Origin: Bacillus subtilis subsp. subtilis str. 168
GTDB lineage: Bacteria; Bacillota; Bacilli; Bacillales; Bacillaceae
DNA length: 32,000 bases
NCBI RefSeq assembly: GCF_000009045.1
Contig: NC_000964.3
Span: 2,310,001-2,342,000, forward strand
Reading direction: 5' to 3'
Numbering within the stretch: position 1 is the stretch's first letter; each line of letters begins with the position of its first letter. Shown here one piece after another: positions 20,077 to 28,795 of this stretch. A model generated the notes under the pieces. It was not told the DNA's origin. It made no database searches and saw nothing but the letters and a program-made list of their open reading frames with translations. Made by a program: the position numbers and the translations under genes.

Positions 20077-21232
20077 ATGCGTTTTCTGTTTTCTTGCGCT
20101 GCGGTCTTACTTTTGACCAGTATTGATAATAATCCGTTTTAATAAACCCGTTAAAGAGTTTTCGTTTCTTCGTTGCTTTTCTGCCATATGCTTCCTCAAA
20201 GTTTTCATTTGATGTCAGCATATACACAGACCAAGTATCAAGCGGCTCGAACGCCTGCCCCATTTCTTTGTACATCTGCTCAACGGCTTTTTTCTCGCCG
20301 AGACGCTCTCCATATGGCGGGTTGCCGACAATTACGCCAAATTCCAGATTTGTGGTAAAGTCTTTGACCTGCATCTGTTTGAACTGGATTAGATCTCCCA
20401 ATCCTGCTTCCTCTGCATTTTCTTTTGCGATTTGAACCATGCGGTGGTCTATGTCGCTAGCGAAAATTGTAAGCGGCTGATCATAATTTGCCTTTTCTTC
20501 GACTTCAAGCCGCGCTTTGTTCCACAGATCTTTACCGATCCATTCCCAATCCTCTGATACAAAATCGCGGTTGAATCCCGGGGCGATGTTTTGGCCGATT
20601 AGCGCCGCTTCTATCGCGATTGTTCCGGAGCCGCAGAAAGGATCAACAAACGGGCGGTCAGGCGTCCAATTGGTTAATTGCACCAAAGCGGCAGCAAGTG
20701 TTTCTTTAATCGGCGCACCGCCCTGATCGACACGGTATCCTCGTTTGTGAAGGCCCGTCCCTGATGAGTCCAGTGTAATCAAAGCCTGATCTTTCAATAA
20801 AGATATTTCCACTTTATACTCAGCACCTGTTTCTTCAATCCAATCATTGGCTTTGCCGGACTGCAGCTTGAGCTTTTCGACAATTGCTTTTTTGACGATC
20901 CGCTGACAGTCAGGAACGCTTGCAAGTGTTGATTTTACCGATTTTCCGATGACAGGGAATTTCCCGTTTTCAGGTATAAATGAGCGCCAGTTAATCGCTT
21001 TCGTTTTTTCAAACAGTTCATCAAATGTTTTCGCTTTAAAAGAAGCAACCTGAACCTTTATGCGGTCGGCTGTTCTAAGCCAAAGGTTCGCACGGCAGAT
21101 GGCAAGTGCATCACCTTCAAAAATAACTTTCCCGTTATCAACCTTGCATTCGTATCCTAAATCTCGTACTTCCTTTGCGACAACAGCTTCAATGCCCATC
21201 GGCGCCGTTGCAATTAGTGTATACTTCTTCAT
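20075..21232 (-). CDS. ypsC: THUMP-domain rRNA methyltransferase, RlmL-like
   Basis: 385 aa. VDPFCGSGTIAIEAAL, IVGNPPYGERL, and an N-terminal THUMP region. Confidence 0.92.
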   Translation of the reverse strand: MKKYTLIATAPMGIEAVVAKEVRDLGYECKVDNGKVIFEGDALAICRANLWLRTADRIKVQVASFKAKTFDELFEKTKAINWRSFIPENGKFPVIGKSVKSTLASVPDCQRIVKKAIVEKLKLQSGKANDWIEETGAEYKVEISLLKDQALITLDSSGTGLHKRGYRVDQGGAPIKETLAAALVQLTNWTPDRPFVDPFCGSGTIAIEAALIGQNIAPGFNRDFVSEDWEWIGKDLWNKARLEVEEKANYDQPLTIFASDIDHRMVQIAKENAEEAGLGDLIQFKQMQVKDFTTNLEFGVIVGNPPYGERLGEKKAVEQMYKEMGQAFEPLDTWSVYMLTSNENFEEAYGRKATKKRKLFNGFIKTDYYQYWSKVRPQRKKTENA

Positions 21233-21274
21233 CGTATCACCCTGTCTTTTAAAACTTTTCTCTTTTCAAGATAA

Positions 21275-21299
21275 AAGCTCTCCTTATACGGGAGAGCTT
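21275..21299 (-). terminator. rnpB terminator
   Basis: aagctctcc/ggagagctt 9-bp stem, then TTTT on the minus strand. Confidence 0.85.
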
Positions 21300-21315
21300 G
21301 TTTTCATCATTTTAA

Positions 21316-21720
21316 ATGTAAGTGGTCTAACGTTCTGTAAGCCATGTTTTGTTCCATCGTACTGCAAACGGCTCATCACCTCGTACTCAGGCGGCAATCA
21401 TCTATCTACAGAAAGCATTCTGTCCTTCTCTCCGTTGAATTCCGTTAAGAAGGTTCCCCTACCAAAATTTGGGTTTCTCGCTCGAGGGGTTTACCGCGTT
21501 CCACTCTCACCATTTCTAGTGAGACTTCGTCACTGTGGCACTTTCAAGGATACTCAGCCATATCCGAAGACGTAGGCTTTTTTCCTGCCGTCAGCCTCTA
21601 AAGACTGCCCTAGCTTATGACTTCGCTAGGCACGAACACTACGGGCATCTCAGCACCGTGCGAGCATGGACTTTCCTCTACAGATTCAAGATCTGCAGCG
21701 ATTACCCGAACGTTAAGAAC
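21316..21720 (-). ncRNA. rnpB: RNase P RNA, B-type
   Basis: Minus strand begins GTTCTTAACGTTCGGGTAATCGCTGCAGATC, includes GAGGAAAGTCCATGCTCGCACGG, and ends CCACTTACAT, characteristic of B. subtilis RNase P RNA. Confidence 0.98.
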
Positions 21721-21727
21721 ATGAATT

Positions 21728-21756
21728 ATTATATAACAACTGATTACAATTTACAA
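21728..21756 (-). promoter_or_regulatory. rnpB SigA promoter
   Basis: -35 TTGTAA (rc 21751-21756), 17-bp spacer, -10 TATAAT (rc 21728-21733), placing the start at about 21720. Confidence 0.9.
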
Positions 21757-21778
21757 GCGCCATTTTTTTCAAGCGTGA

Positions 21779-22075
21779 TCAATCATAAAGCTTGCTGCCA
21801 AAAACGTGTTTTTCTAAGTTAGACAGCCGTTTTAAAATATCAAAGTTTGTTGTGTTAGATTGCACAGGCTGTTTTTTGCTGGCTTCTTCAAGCTGTTTTT
21901 TCAGCTGCAGATTTTCCTGCTGCAGTTCTTCAATTTCTTGATGGAAGGTTTCATAATCCTTAATAATCATATCTAAAAATTTGTCAACGTCTTCTTGCTT
22001 GTAGCCTCTAACGCCTGTTTTAAATTCTTTTTCCAAAATTTCTTTCGCAGAAAGCTTTACTTTATCAGCAAGCAT
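21779..22075 (-). CDS. gpsB: Cell-division regulator GpsB (DivIVA-like)
   Basis: 98 aa. [35 protein letters not shown]. Confidence 0.97.
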   Translation of the reverse strand: MLADKVKLSAKEILEKEFKTGVRGYKQEDVDKFLDMIIKDYETFHQEIEELQQENLQLKKQLEEASKKQPVQSNTTNFDILKRLSNLEKHVFGSKLYD

Positions 22076-22152
22076 CTTTTTCACCTCGTATCGTGAATCA
22101 TCACATATATTTTTTCAGAAATCTGTACGGTTGTCAAATTTCTCTCTCATTG

Positions 22153-22695
22153 TTAGTAGCTGTCTTCCTCCACTGTCACTCTCAAGTCATCCATTGTAAT
22201 AAAGTAGATGGGATAGCCATCCTGTTCGCGCCTTTTTTCCGCTGTCCCAAGCATATACTTAGGGGAGCCTTCCTTTTCCGGGTCATATAAAAGCAGAAGC
22301 CCGTCGGACTTATCAATGAAGAACTGATTTTTTTGTTTGAATTGAAGCGGGCTTTCATAAGGACGGTGAGTCAGGCTTGCTTCATAGTCTGCCTGAGCCA
22401 GAACTGCTTCATACTGTTCTTTATTCGGTTCTTTCCAGTTCTTTTCCTGCTCGTAAAATGGTGTGATGACAGCTACCTTTAAGTCAGGGTATTCCTCCTG
22501 CAAATCATATGCAGCTTCTGCCGCCCACAGCTCAACTCCAAGCTGGCCCGAAATTAAAATCCATTCTAATCCTTCATCCAAAAAAGCAATCAGCCGGTTT
22601 TTAATGGCTTTTTTTATGTAATACAGCGCCTTGTCATCCTGCTTAAATATCCCCAGTTCAAACGGTTTATAGCCCGTTATTGCCAATACTTTCAT
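22153..22695 (-). CDS. ypsA: YpsA, SLOG-superfamily (DprA/LOG-like) protein
   Basis: 180 aa from [36 protein letters not shown]. The upstream extension in the track passes through a terminator and is not used. Confidence 0.93.
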   Translation of the reverse strand: MKVLAITGYKPFELGIFKQDDKALYYIKKAIKNRLIAFLDEGLEWILISGQLGVELWAAEAAYDLQEEYPDLKVAVITPFYEQEKNWKEPNKEQYEAVLAQADYEASLTHRPYESPLQFKQKNQFFIDKSDGLLLLYDPEKEGSPKYMLGTAEKRREQDGYPIYFITMDDLRVTVEEDSY

Positions 22696-22710
22696 CATTT
22701 CACCTGCTTT

Positions 22711-22740
22711 AAAAAATGGGGCTCCCGTGGGCCCCATTTG
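22711..22740 (-). terminator. cotD terminator
   Basis: Minus strand CAAATGGGGCCCACGGGAGCCCCATTTTTT. Confidence 0.85.
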
Positions 22741-22783
22741 TTGTGCTGCATTGTTTACACCATCAAGCTGCACGTTTTCCATA

Positions 22784-23011
22784 CTAGTAGTCGCAGCAAG
22801 GTTTTCCTGCTTGAAAATGCTGATGCGTAGCCGGGTCAACATTTGAGAAAGTGTGTGGAAAGTAGTGAACGTGCTGAAAATGCTGGTGGTTTACGTTTGT
22901 TGTATGCTGTGGGTGAATGTGCGGCACGATAGTCTTCGAAAACGTATGGTGTTCACAGCAATGAGTAGGATGGACAATTGGCGCCATCATATGCGGTCTG
23001 CAGTGATGCAT
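22784..23011 (-). CDS. cotD: Inner spore coat protein CotD
   Basis: 75 aa, very His/Cys-rich, [22 protein letters not shown]...GKPCCDY. Confidence 0.95.
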   Translation of the reverse strand: MHHCRPHMMAPIVHPTHCCEHHTFSKTIVPHIHPQHTTNVNHQHFQHVHYFPHTFSNVDPATHQHFQAGKPCCDY

Positions 23012-23047
23012 GATAAAATCCCCTTTCCATAAACTTTATTACAATAC

Positions 23048-23075
23048 TAAGTTATGAAAAATAAGGGGTACATGT
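23048..23075 (-). promoter_or_regulatory. SigK-type promoter of cotD
   Basis: -10 CATAACTTA (rc 23048-23056) with -35 AACA about 15-16 nt upstream. Confidence 0.65.
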
Positions 23076-23094
23076 TCTGATGCAAAGACCTATT

Positions 23095-23190
23095 TTAAAA
23101 GTGTGCAATTAAGCTGTCTTTAAAGTTTGAAAACACAAAAGCAATCAAAAATACCACAACAAAGAACAAGTAAAAAACACCCTTATACAT
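23095..23190 (-). CDS. Candidate 31-aa small membrane protein (not in the supplied ORF track)
   Basis: Hand translation: MYKGVFYLFFVVVFLIAFVFSNFKDSLIAHF. RBS-like AAAGGGAGAG 5 nt upstream, SigA-type promoter further upstream. Confidence 0.6.
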   Translation of the reverse strand: MYKGVFYLFFVVVFLIAFVFSNFKDSLIAHF

Positions 23191-23221
23191 ACCAACTCTC
23201 CCTTTAAAAATAACTAACGTC

Positions 23222-23250
23222 ATTTTACAGGATTCGCCGCTATTCTACAA
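23222..23250 (-). promoter_or_regulatory. Candidate SigA promoter of the 31-aa ORF
   Basis: TTGTAG (rc 23245-23250), 17-bp spacer, TAAAAT (rc 23222-23227). Confidence 0.6.
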
Positions 23251-23323
23251 CAAAATCAATGTGAATTCAGCAAAAAAAATTCATGGCGAAACAAGTCGTC
23301 TTTTGCGCTTTCCCGGGGAATAT

Positions 23324-24565
23324 TTAAGAGGAATATTTCCTCTTTAGCCGGGCAATTCTCACATGCAGTTTTTCAGTTTCTTTCTCTGATAAGCATGCCG
23401 CATCGCTAAGCGATTGCTCTGCTACTTGCAATGCTTTTCCGAATTCTTTTTTCTTATGCTCAAAATATTTCGCGAGCTCTATTACAGCAGCGTATCTGCA
23501 CTTCTGGTTTTGCGAGCGGGACAGCTTTTCCCAAAGCGGCACTGCTTCTTCCAAGCGGTTTTGTTTTTTGTACAGGAGCGATAAATCCAGCCGTGCACTG
23601 TCCTGGTCCTCAAACGATTTTTCTATAAGCCTTTCCAACTGCTTGATCGCTTGGTCCGTTTCTTTATGAGCCATAAACCATTTCGCCATAGCATAGGCTT
23701 CACTGTGTTCTTTTGGCGCATGTGATTCTGAAAGGATTTTTTTAGACATATGGATGTACAATGAAATGAGTGATAACACATCCATTTCATTATGATGCAG
23801 GACACCTTTTAAAAGATCCGGCTCTTGCGCCTTGATAAAATGAAAGTAAAGCATTGGCGCCAAGTAGCCCGGTGTGTCTTCTAGCCTGCGGATGCCGAGC
23901 TCCTCTTTTTCAACCGTGCCAAGAGATACACGGTCCATTTTGTGTTTCCACAGGCGTCTAGCTCCATGCAAAAGATCAAAGTGGCCAAACTCCGGAAGCT
24001 TCGGAAGTCTGTCACGGATCAAGGTGTGCCTTGTTTTCACCTGCGGCCAATCAAAGGCTTTGCCGTTGTAGGTCACAAGTGATGTAATGTCAACCTCGCT
24101 TAAAAAGCTTTGGTACAAGGCGACTTCGTTCCCCGGTTTGGGCAAAAGATGCTGTTTGACTGTCACTCGGTCTTCATATACTCTCGCATGCCCAAGCAAA
24201 AAAATGGTATTCCCAGCTCCACCCCCAAGACCGGTTGTTTCTGTATCAAAGAAAAAGAGGTTGTTTTTGTTATACCCTTTTGCTGACAATGTATGCGACA
24301 GGCCGCTTTGATTCCACAGTGTGATCACTTCCTCAAGCTCAGAAAAGCTGTATAACCCATGGCGGTGAGAAAGCGGATATTCTACTTCTCTGATGAGGCA
24401 ATATTCATCTTCGAAGATGAAAGGCTTCATGCCAAAAGCCTCCCACTCTTCTAAAAACGGGATGTCATCAAAGTGGTTTTCTTGTTTGCCTGCTTCTATT
24501 TTTTGTTCTCCTTCGTCGAGCGCCATGTGCTTTTTCATCCGTTGGAGTTTCCCTTTTAATGACAT
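23324..24565 (-). CDS. mrfB: MrfB/YprB, RNase H-like (DnaQ-type) exonuclease with C-terminal TPR-like repeats
   Basis: 413 aa. FFDTETTGLGGG, VTYNGKAFDWP, HFDLLHGARRLWKH, HNEMDVLSL, and helical repeats at the C-terminus. Confidence 0.93.
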   Translation of the reverse strand: MSLKGKLQRMKKHMALDEGEQKIEAGKQENHFDDIPFLEEWEAFGMKPFIFEDEYCLIREVEYPLSHRHGLYSFSELEEVITLWNQSGLSHTLSAKGYNKNNLFFFDTETTGLGGGAGNTIFLLGHARVYEDRVTVKQHLLPKPGNEVALYQSFLSEVDITSLVTYNGKAFDWPQVKTRHTLIRDRLPKLPEFGHFDLLHGARRLWKHKMDRVSLGTVEKEELGIRRLEDTPGYLAPMLYFHFIKAQEPDLLKGVLHHNEMDVLSLISLYIHMSKKILSESHAPKEHSEAYAMAKWFMAHKETDQAIKQLERLIEKSFEDQDSARLDLSLLYKKQNRLEEAVPLWEKLSRSQNQKCRYAAVIELAKYFEHKKKEFGKALQVAEQSLSDAACLSEKETEKLHVRIARLKRKYSS

Positions 24566-24580
24566 ATCCGGCCTCCCTCC

Positions 24581-26830
24581 TTACGACATTTGATCCAACA
24601 GCTGCAAAATTCTTTCCTTTGCTTTTATCCCTTCTATTTCCGTACCTATACAAGACGGACAGCCGTCATGACAAGGACAATGTGTAATCAGTTGTTTCGC
24701 CGCTTCATTAATGTCTGAAAAACGTTTAAAGACTTCCTCCGCCAAACCGATACCGCCCGGATAATGATCATATAAAAATATGGTTGGCAATCCGGTATGG
24801 GCTGCTTTAATTTGAGAAACAACATGAACATCATTTCGATCACACATGATATACACAGGGACAATATGCTGCAGCACATTCGAGATGCCAAGAAGCAGCT
24901 GTTCCAGTGTCTTTTCCCCGATGTCTTCATCCGCTGTTTTGATTTCGAGCCAAGCTGCACTTGTATGCAGTTCTTCTTCCGGCAAATGAATAGGTCCAGA
25001 CCCAATATTTTCAAAAGTGGTCATTTTTATTTTTTTAAAAATGGTCGGCAGGGCATTGACAGTGACGTCTCCGTAGTGCAATGACGTACGGCTTTTTTCT
25101 TTCGTTTTATCGATTTCTAATACCTTCAGCTGAACTGCCAGGTTTGCATCCGTATAATATTCGACATCGACTTTTCTGACATACGCCTTTTTATGGTCCC
25201 AATCGAGCTTCTCAACTTGATACTGAACGCCTTCATGCAAATAAATCGCTTCATCATGCAAAAGCGTCATCGCACTAAAACGGTCCATTTCACCGATAAT
25301 CCTTACATTTGCAATATCCGACTGATCAACTATAACGACATTTTCCTGGGAGGCGGAACGCAAACTGATGTTTGACGCAGGGAACGACTCACTTGCCCAA
25401 TGGTACCGTTCGCCGTTGCGGTGAAGAACAGCCTCTTCCTGAAGATACTCAAGAATATCACTGACTTCCATGGCTCCAAATTCTTCATCAGCTCTAAAAG
25501 GAAGCTCATAAGCCGCACACTTTAAGTGGTCTACTAAAATAATCAAATTCTCCGGATTGATTCTTGCAGATTCCGGCGAACGATTAAAGAAATATTCAGG
25601 ATGCCGCACAATATATTGGTCAATCGGTGTTGAATTGGCTACCATGATAATCAAAGATTCACCGTGTCTTCTGCCGGCTCGTCCCGCCTGCTGCCAAGCA
25701 CTTGCAACACTTCCGGGATACCCCGTCATTACACACACTTGCAGCTGGCCGATATCAACACCAAGCTCTAAGGCATTCGTACTGACCACTCCTAAAATGT
25801 CGCCTTCTCTCAGTCCTCTTTCGATTTCTCTTCGCTCTTTCGGCAGATAGCCTCCCCGATAGCCTCTGATTGATTTTGTTCCAATCTCTTTTTTCACAAG
25901 CTCCTGAATATGGCTTAAAATAATTTCCACCCGAACTCTGCTTCTGGCAAAAACAATGGTCTGCACTTTGTTTTTAAGGAACTCTTTCGCCAGTTCATTC
26001 ACTTCTGCGGTTGCGCTCCTTCTAATATTCAGCGGTTTGTTCACAATTGGCGGATTGTAAAACACAAAATGCTTGCGTCCGCTCGGTGCGCCGTTGTCAT
26101 CGACCAGCCGCATCGGTTTGCCTGTCAGCTGCTCTCCCAATTCCTTTGGGTTGGCAATCGTTGCGGAAGTACAAATAAAAACTGGATCACTTCCATAAAA
26201 CCGGCAGATCCGCTTCAGCCGCCGGATCACATTTGCCACATGGCTGCCGAACACACCTCGATACGTATGAAGCTCATCGATGACGATATACTTAAGGTTT
26301 TCAAACAAACTGACCCATTTCGTATGATGCGGTAGAATGGCAGAATGCAGCATATCGGGGTTTGTAATGACAATATGACCTGCTTTTCTCACCTTTTGTC
26401 TGATTGCCGGAGACGTATCCCCGTCATATGTAAAGCTTTTAATATCAATGCCCATTTCATCAATAATTTCATTTAGCTCGCTCTTTTGGTCTTGTGCCAG
26501 CGCTTTAGTCGGAAATAAATATAACGCCCGGTTTGTTTCATCTTGGGCGATGGACTGCAGGACTGGGAGGTTGTAGCATAACGTTTTTCCTGATGCTGTT
26601 GGCGTTACGGTAACGATGCTCTCTCCTTTTTGCACATATTGAAAAGCGGAATATTGGTGAGTATATAGTTCATCAATGCCCCTTTTCGAAAGGGCCGCTT
26701 TGATTCTCTCGTCTATACTTTCGGGCATAGGCCTTGTTTTTGCTTCCCGAGGCTCAATTTCATGCCAATTCACAACGTTTTCATTTCCTTTTAAATCAGA
26801 AATGAGTTCAGTCAGTGATTTCTTTTTCAT
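24581..26830 (-). CDS. mrfA: MrfA/YprA, DEAD/DEAH-box helicase with C-terminal Cys cluster
   Basis: 749 aa. PTASGKTLCYNLP, VIDELHTYRG, STNALELGVDIG, QQAGRAGRR, HCPCHDGCPSCIG. Confidence 0.96.
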   Translation of the reverse strand: MKKKSLTELISDLKGNENVVNWHEIEPREAKTRPMPESIDERIKAALSKRGIDELYTHQYSAFQYVQKGESIVTVTPTASGKTLCYNLPVLQSIAQDETNRALYLFPTKALAQDQKSELNEIIDEMGIDIKSFTYDGDTSPAIRQKVRKAGHIVITNPDMLHSAILPHHTKWVSLFENLKYIVIDELHTYRGVFGSHVANVIRRLKRICRFYGSDPVFICTSATIANPKELGEQLTGKPMRLVDDNGAPSGRKHFVFYNPPIVNKPLNIRRSATAEVNELAKEFLKNKVQTIVFARSRVRVEIILSHIQELVKKEIGTKSIRGYRGGYLPKERREIERGLREGDILGVVSTNALELGVDIGQLQVCVMTGYPGSVASAWQQAGRAGRRHGESLIIMVANSTPIDQYIVRHPEYFFNRSPESARINPENLIILVDHLKCAAYELPFRADEEFGAMEVSDILEYLQEEAVLHRNGERYHWASESFPASNISLRSASQENVVIVDQSDIANVRIIGEMDRFSAMTLLHDEAIYLHEGVQYQVEKLDWDHKKAYVRKVDVEYYTDANLAVQLKVLEIDKTKEKSRTSLHYGDVTVNALPTIFKKIKMTTFENIGSGPIHLPEEELHTSAAWLEIKTADEDIGEKTLEQLLLGISNVLQHIVPVYIMCDRNDVHVVSQIKAAHTGLPTIFLYDHYPGGIGLAEEVFKRFSDINEAAKQLITHCPCHDGCPSCIGTEIEGIKAKERILQLLDQMS

Positions 26831-26932
26831 TCTTTACACCTCTTTGTCAAGTACAGTTTACCGAATATTTGTTTGCATGGCTAGGTGCAAATTTTATACA
26901 GTTGAATAAAAAAAGCAAGGCATACGCCCTGC

Positions 26933-27439
26933 TTATTTCGCTTTTATTGTAAAGAGCTTTGATTCGCCTTTACGAGCAGCCTTTTCGCCTGCCGATACCA
27001 TTGATCCTACAGCCTCACCATTCATTATAACGATTGGGATGACTGTGCTGCTCGCTTTTTCTTTTATTAATTCCAAATCACATGTAATCAGCGGGTCACC
27101 GACCTTCACTTTATCCCCTTCTTTAATGTGGGCAGTAAATCCTTCTCCGTTCATATTGACTGTCTCCAGCCCGACATGAATTAACAGCTCAATTCCCGAG
27201 CGAGTCCGAATGCCAACGGCGTGTTTGGTGTGGAAAATCTGAATGACTTCACCTTCAGCGGGAGAAACGATTTCACCGCTAGAAGGTTCCACCGCTATTC
27301 CTTCTCCCATCATTTTCTGTGAAAAAACAGGGTCCGGTACATCTGACAGGTCCATTACTGTACCGTCTGCCGGAGAATAAATAACCTCTTCTGTCACCTT
27401 TTCCTGAATTTTGCCCATTCCGAATAATTTTTTCAGCAA
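26933..27439 (-). CDS. ypqE: Glucose-type PTS EIIA component YpqE
   Basis: 168 aa from a TTG start preceded by GAAGGAG. Active-site region [24 protein letters not shown]. Confidence 0.92.
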
Positions 27440-27576
27440 TGTATTTTCTCCCTTCTCATTCACTTCAACCGTTATCCCTTCATTCACCACTATTTAACCA
27501 CACTTTCAATTTTGCTTCAATTTATAACAACATCTGGCATAGACGCATAATCTGGTTAAAAAAGGCGGTGGCGATA

Positions 27577-27996
27577 TTGGAATTCCATGATGACAAAAAG
27601 AACGAACTGCAAAAGAAAGAAGAAATCATAACGGAGGCAATCGACACTCTTTTTCAATCCTCAGCGTTCGGCAACCTTATAAACGGATTTCAGAACCTAA
27701 TCAACTCGAGTTTAAAGGATGTGCAGACGACCATACATGTCAGAGAAAGAGATACTGGGCTGTATATCGATATTACCATTCCGGCGACGTTTCGAGATGG
27801 CGAGATCGTCGTTGATGTTAAATCGAGGTATCTCCATGTAACACTCCAAGAAAAACAGAAACACCAAAATGAGGCTACCTTTACAAGCATGACAAGAACG
27901 GTTCAGCTGCCTTATGAAGTTCGCCAAGAAGATATGGAAACGTCTTGGAACGAGCAGACAATGACACTTTTCTTTCCAAAAAATAAGCATGAATGA
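27577..27996 (+). CDS. ypqA: YpqA, conserved protein with possible Hsp20-like beta domain
   Basis: 139 aa from a TTG start (27577) after ggcggtgg. VDVKSRYLHVTLQEKQ. Confidence 0.75.
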   Translation: MEFHDDKKNELQKKEEIITEAIDTLFQSSAFGNLINGFQNLINSSLKDVQTTIHVRERDTGLYIDITIPATFRDGEIVVDVKSRYLHVTLQEKQKHQNEATFTSMTRTVQLPYEVRQEDMETSWNEQTMTLFFPKNKHE

Positions 27997-28013
27997 ACGA
28001 TTCATTCATGCTT
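27985..28013 (-). terminator. yppG terminator overlapping the 3' end of ypqA
   Basis: 13-bp perfect stem aagcatgaatgaa/ttcattcatgctt, loop cga. Followed by ATTTTTT on the minus strand. Confidence 0.85.
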
Positions 28014-28016
28014 CTA

Positions 28017-28394
28017 TCATTTAAAAAAGCTGGTAAATCCCTTTATTAAAGATCCGACCTGATTCATTGCACTCATTACTTGACCTGTCGTATCCATCAT
28101 TTTATTAAAATCAAATTGCCCATTGGCTTTTTTGAACTGCGACATAATGCTTTGAAATTGTGAAGGCTGCTGTTGATTAGGCCTTGGGATAGGATAAGGG
28201 TTAGAAAATACAGGCGGCTGCATAGGCATAGGCTGGATCGGAGCATAAGGCTGATAATAATCCTGCTGTCCATAATGCTGCTGAGGCAGTTGTTGCTCTA
28301 AATAACCGGGTGCAGCCTGCTGATAATATCCTTGCATATGCTGAGGATAATAATAGCCCATTTGCCGAGGATAGCTTCGAGAGCTCCCGTTCAT
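28017..28394 (-). CDS. yppG: YppG, Gln/Tyr/Pro-rich coat-like protein
   Basis: 125 aa, low-complexity N-terminus plus C-terminal [20 protein letters not shown]. Confidence 0.88.
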
Positions 28395-28581
28395 TGCGAT
28401 TCCCCCCTAAACACAACATATTTCTCTTCTATATATGTATGAATGACTTCTATTGTTTGTGTCACAAGTGATGATTAGCATTTGTCAAATTGTGTCGAAA
28501 GTTTAAATTTTTTAAAAACAGAAAAAAGTCGAATCATTATGGTACCATATTTTCAATACAGATGAGAGGGGATGCACCATA

Positions 28582-28770
28582 ATGAACGTATCATACTTAA
28601 GCAAACGTTTTGCAGAAATGAAGAAATATGAAACAGACTGTATGAATAAACTGATGGACTTTGCCAAGTTCCTCTATATTCAAGGACATCTCAGCATAAC
28701 TGAGTTTCGTAACAGTATGAAGGTTCTCGAAGCAAATGGAGCAGAAAGCCCGGCATATGAGATGAATTAA
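28582..28770 (+). CDS. yppF: Conserved hypothetical YppF
   Basis: 62 aa. MNVSYLSKRFAEMKKYETDCMNKLMDFAKFLYIQG. RBS gaggggatg. Confidence 0.85.
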   Translation: MNVSYLSKRFAEMKKYETDCMNKLMDFAKFLYIQGHLSITEFRNSMKVLEANGAESPAYEMN

Positions 28771-28795
28771 CGTCCGGCCCCCTATAAAAACGAAA

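Noticed and set aside
21060-21822. ORFs of 171 and 95 aa covering the rnpB region on the plus strand
   Set aside because: They are antisense to the ypsC 5' end and the structured RNase P RNA. The apparent protein is a by-product of the conserved RNA.
22696-22842. In-frame N-terminal extension of ypsA in the ORF track ([10 protein letters not shown]...KAGEM)
   Set aside because: It runs through the cotD terminator and into the cotD region. [10 protein letters not shown] at 22695 is the usual family start.
23623-23805. Minus-strand 60-aa ORF overlapping mrfB in another frame
   Set aside because: Overlaps well-supported mrfB coding sequence. Composition is typical of a shifted frame.
27439-27576. 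N-terminal extension of ypqA ([14 protein letters not shown]...)
   Set aside because: Covers the divergent intergenic promoter region. A TTG start at 27577 with a good RBS gives the 139-aa protein.
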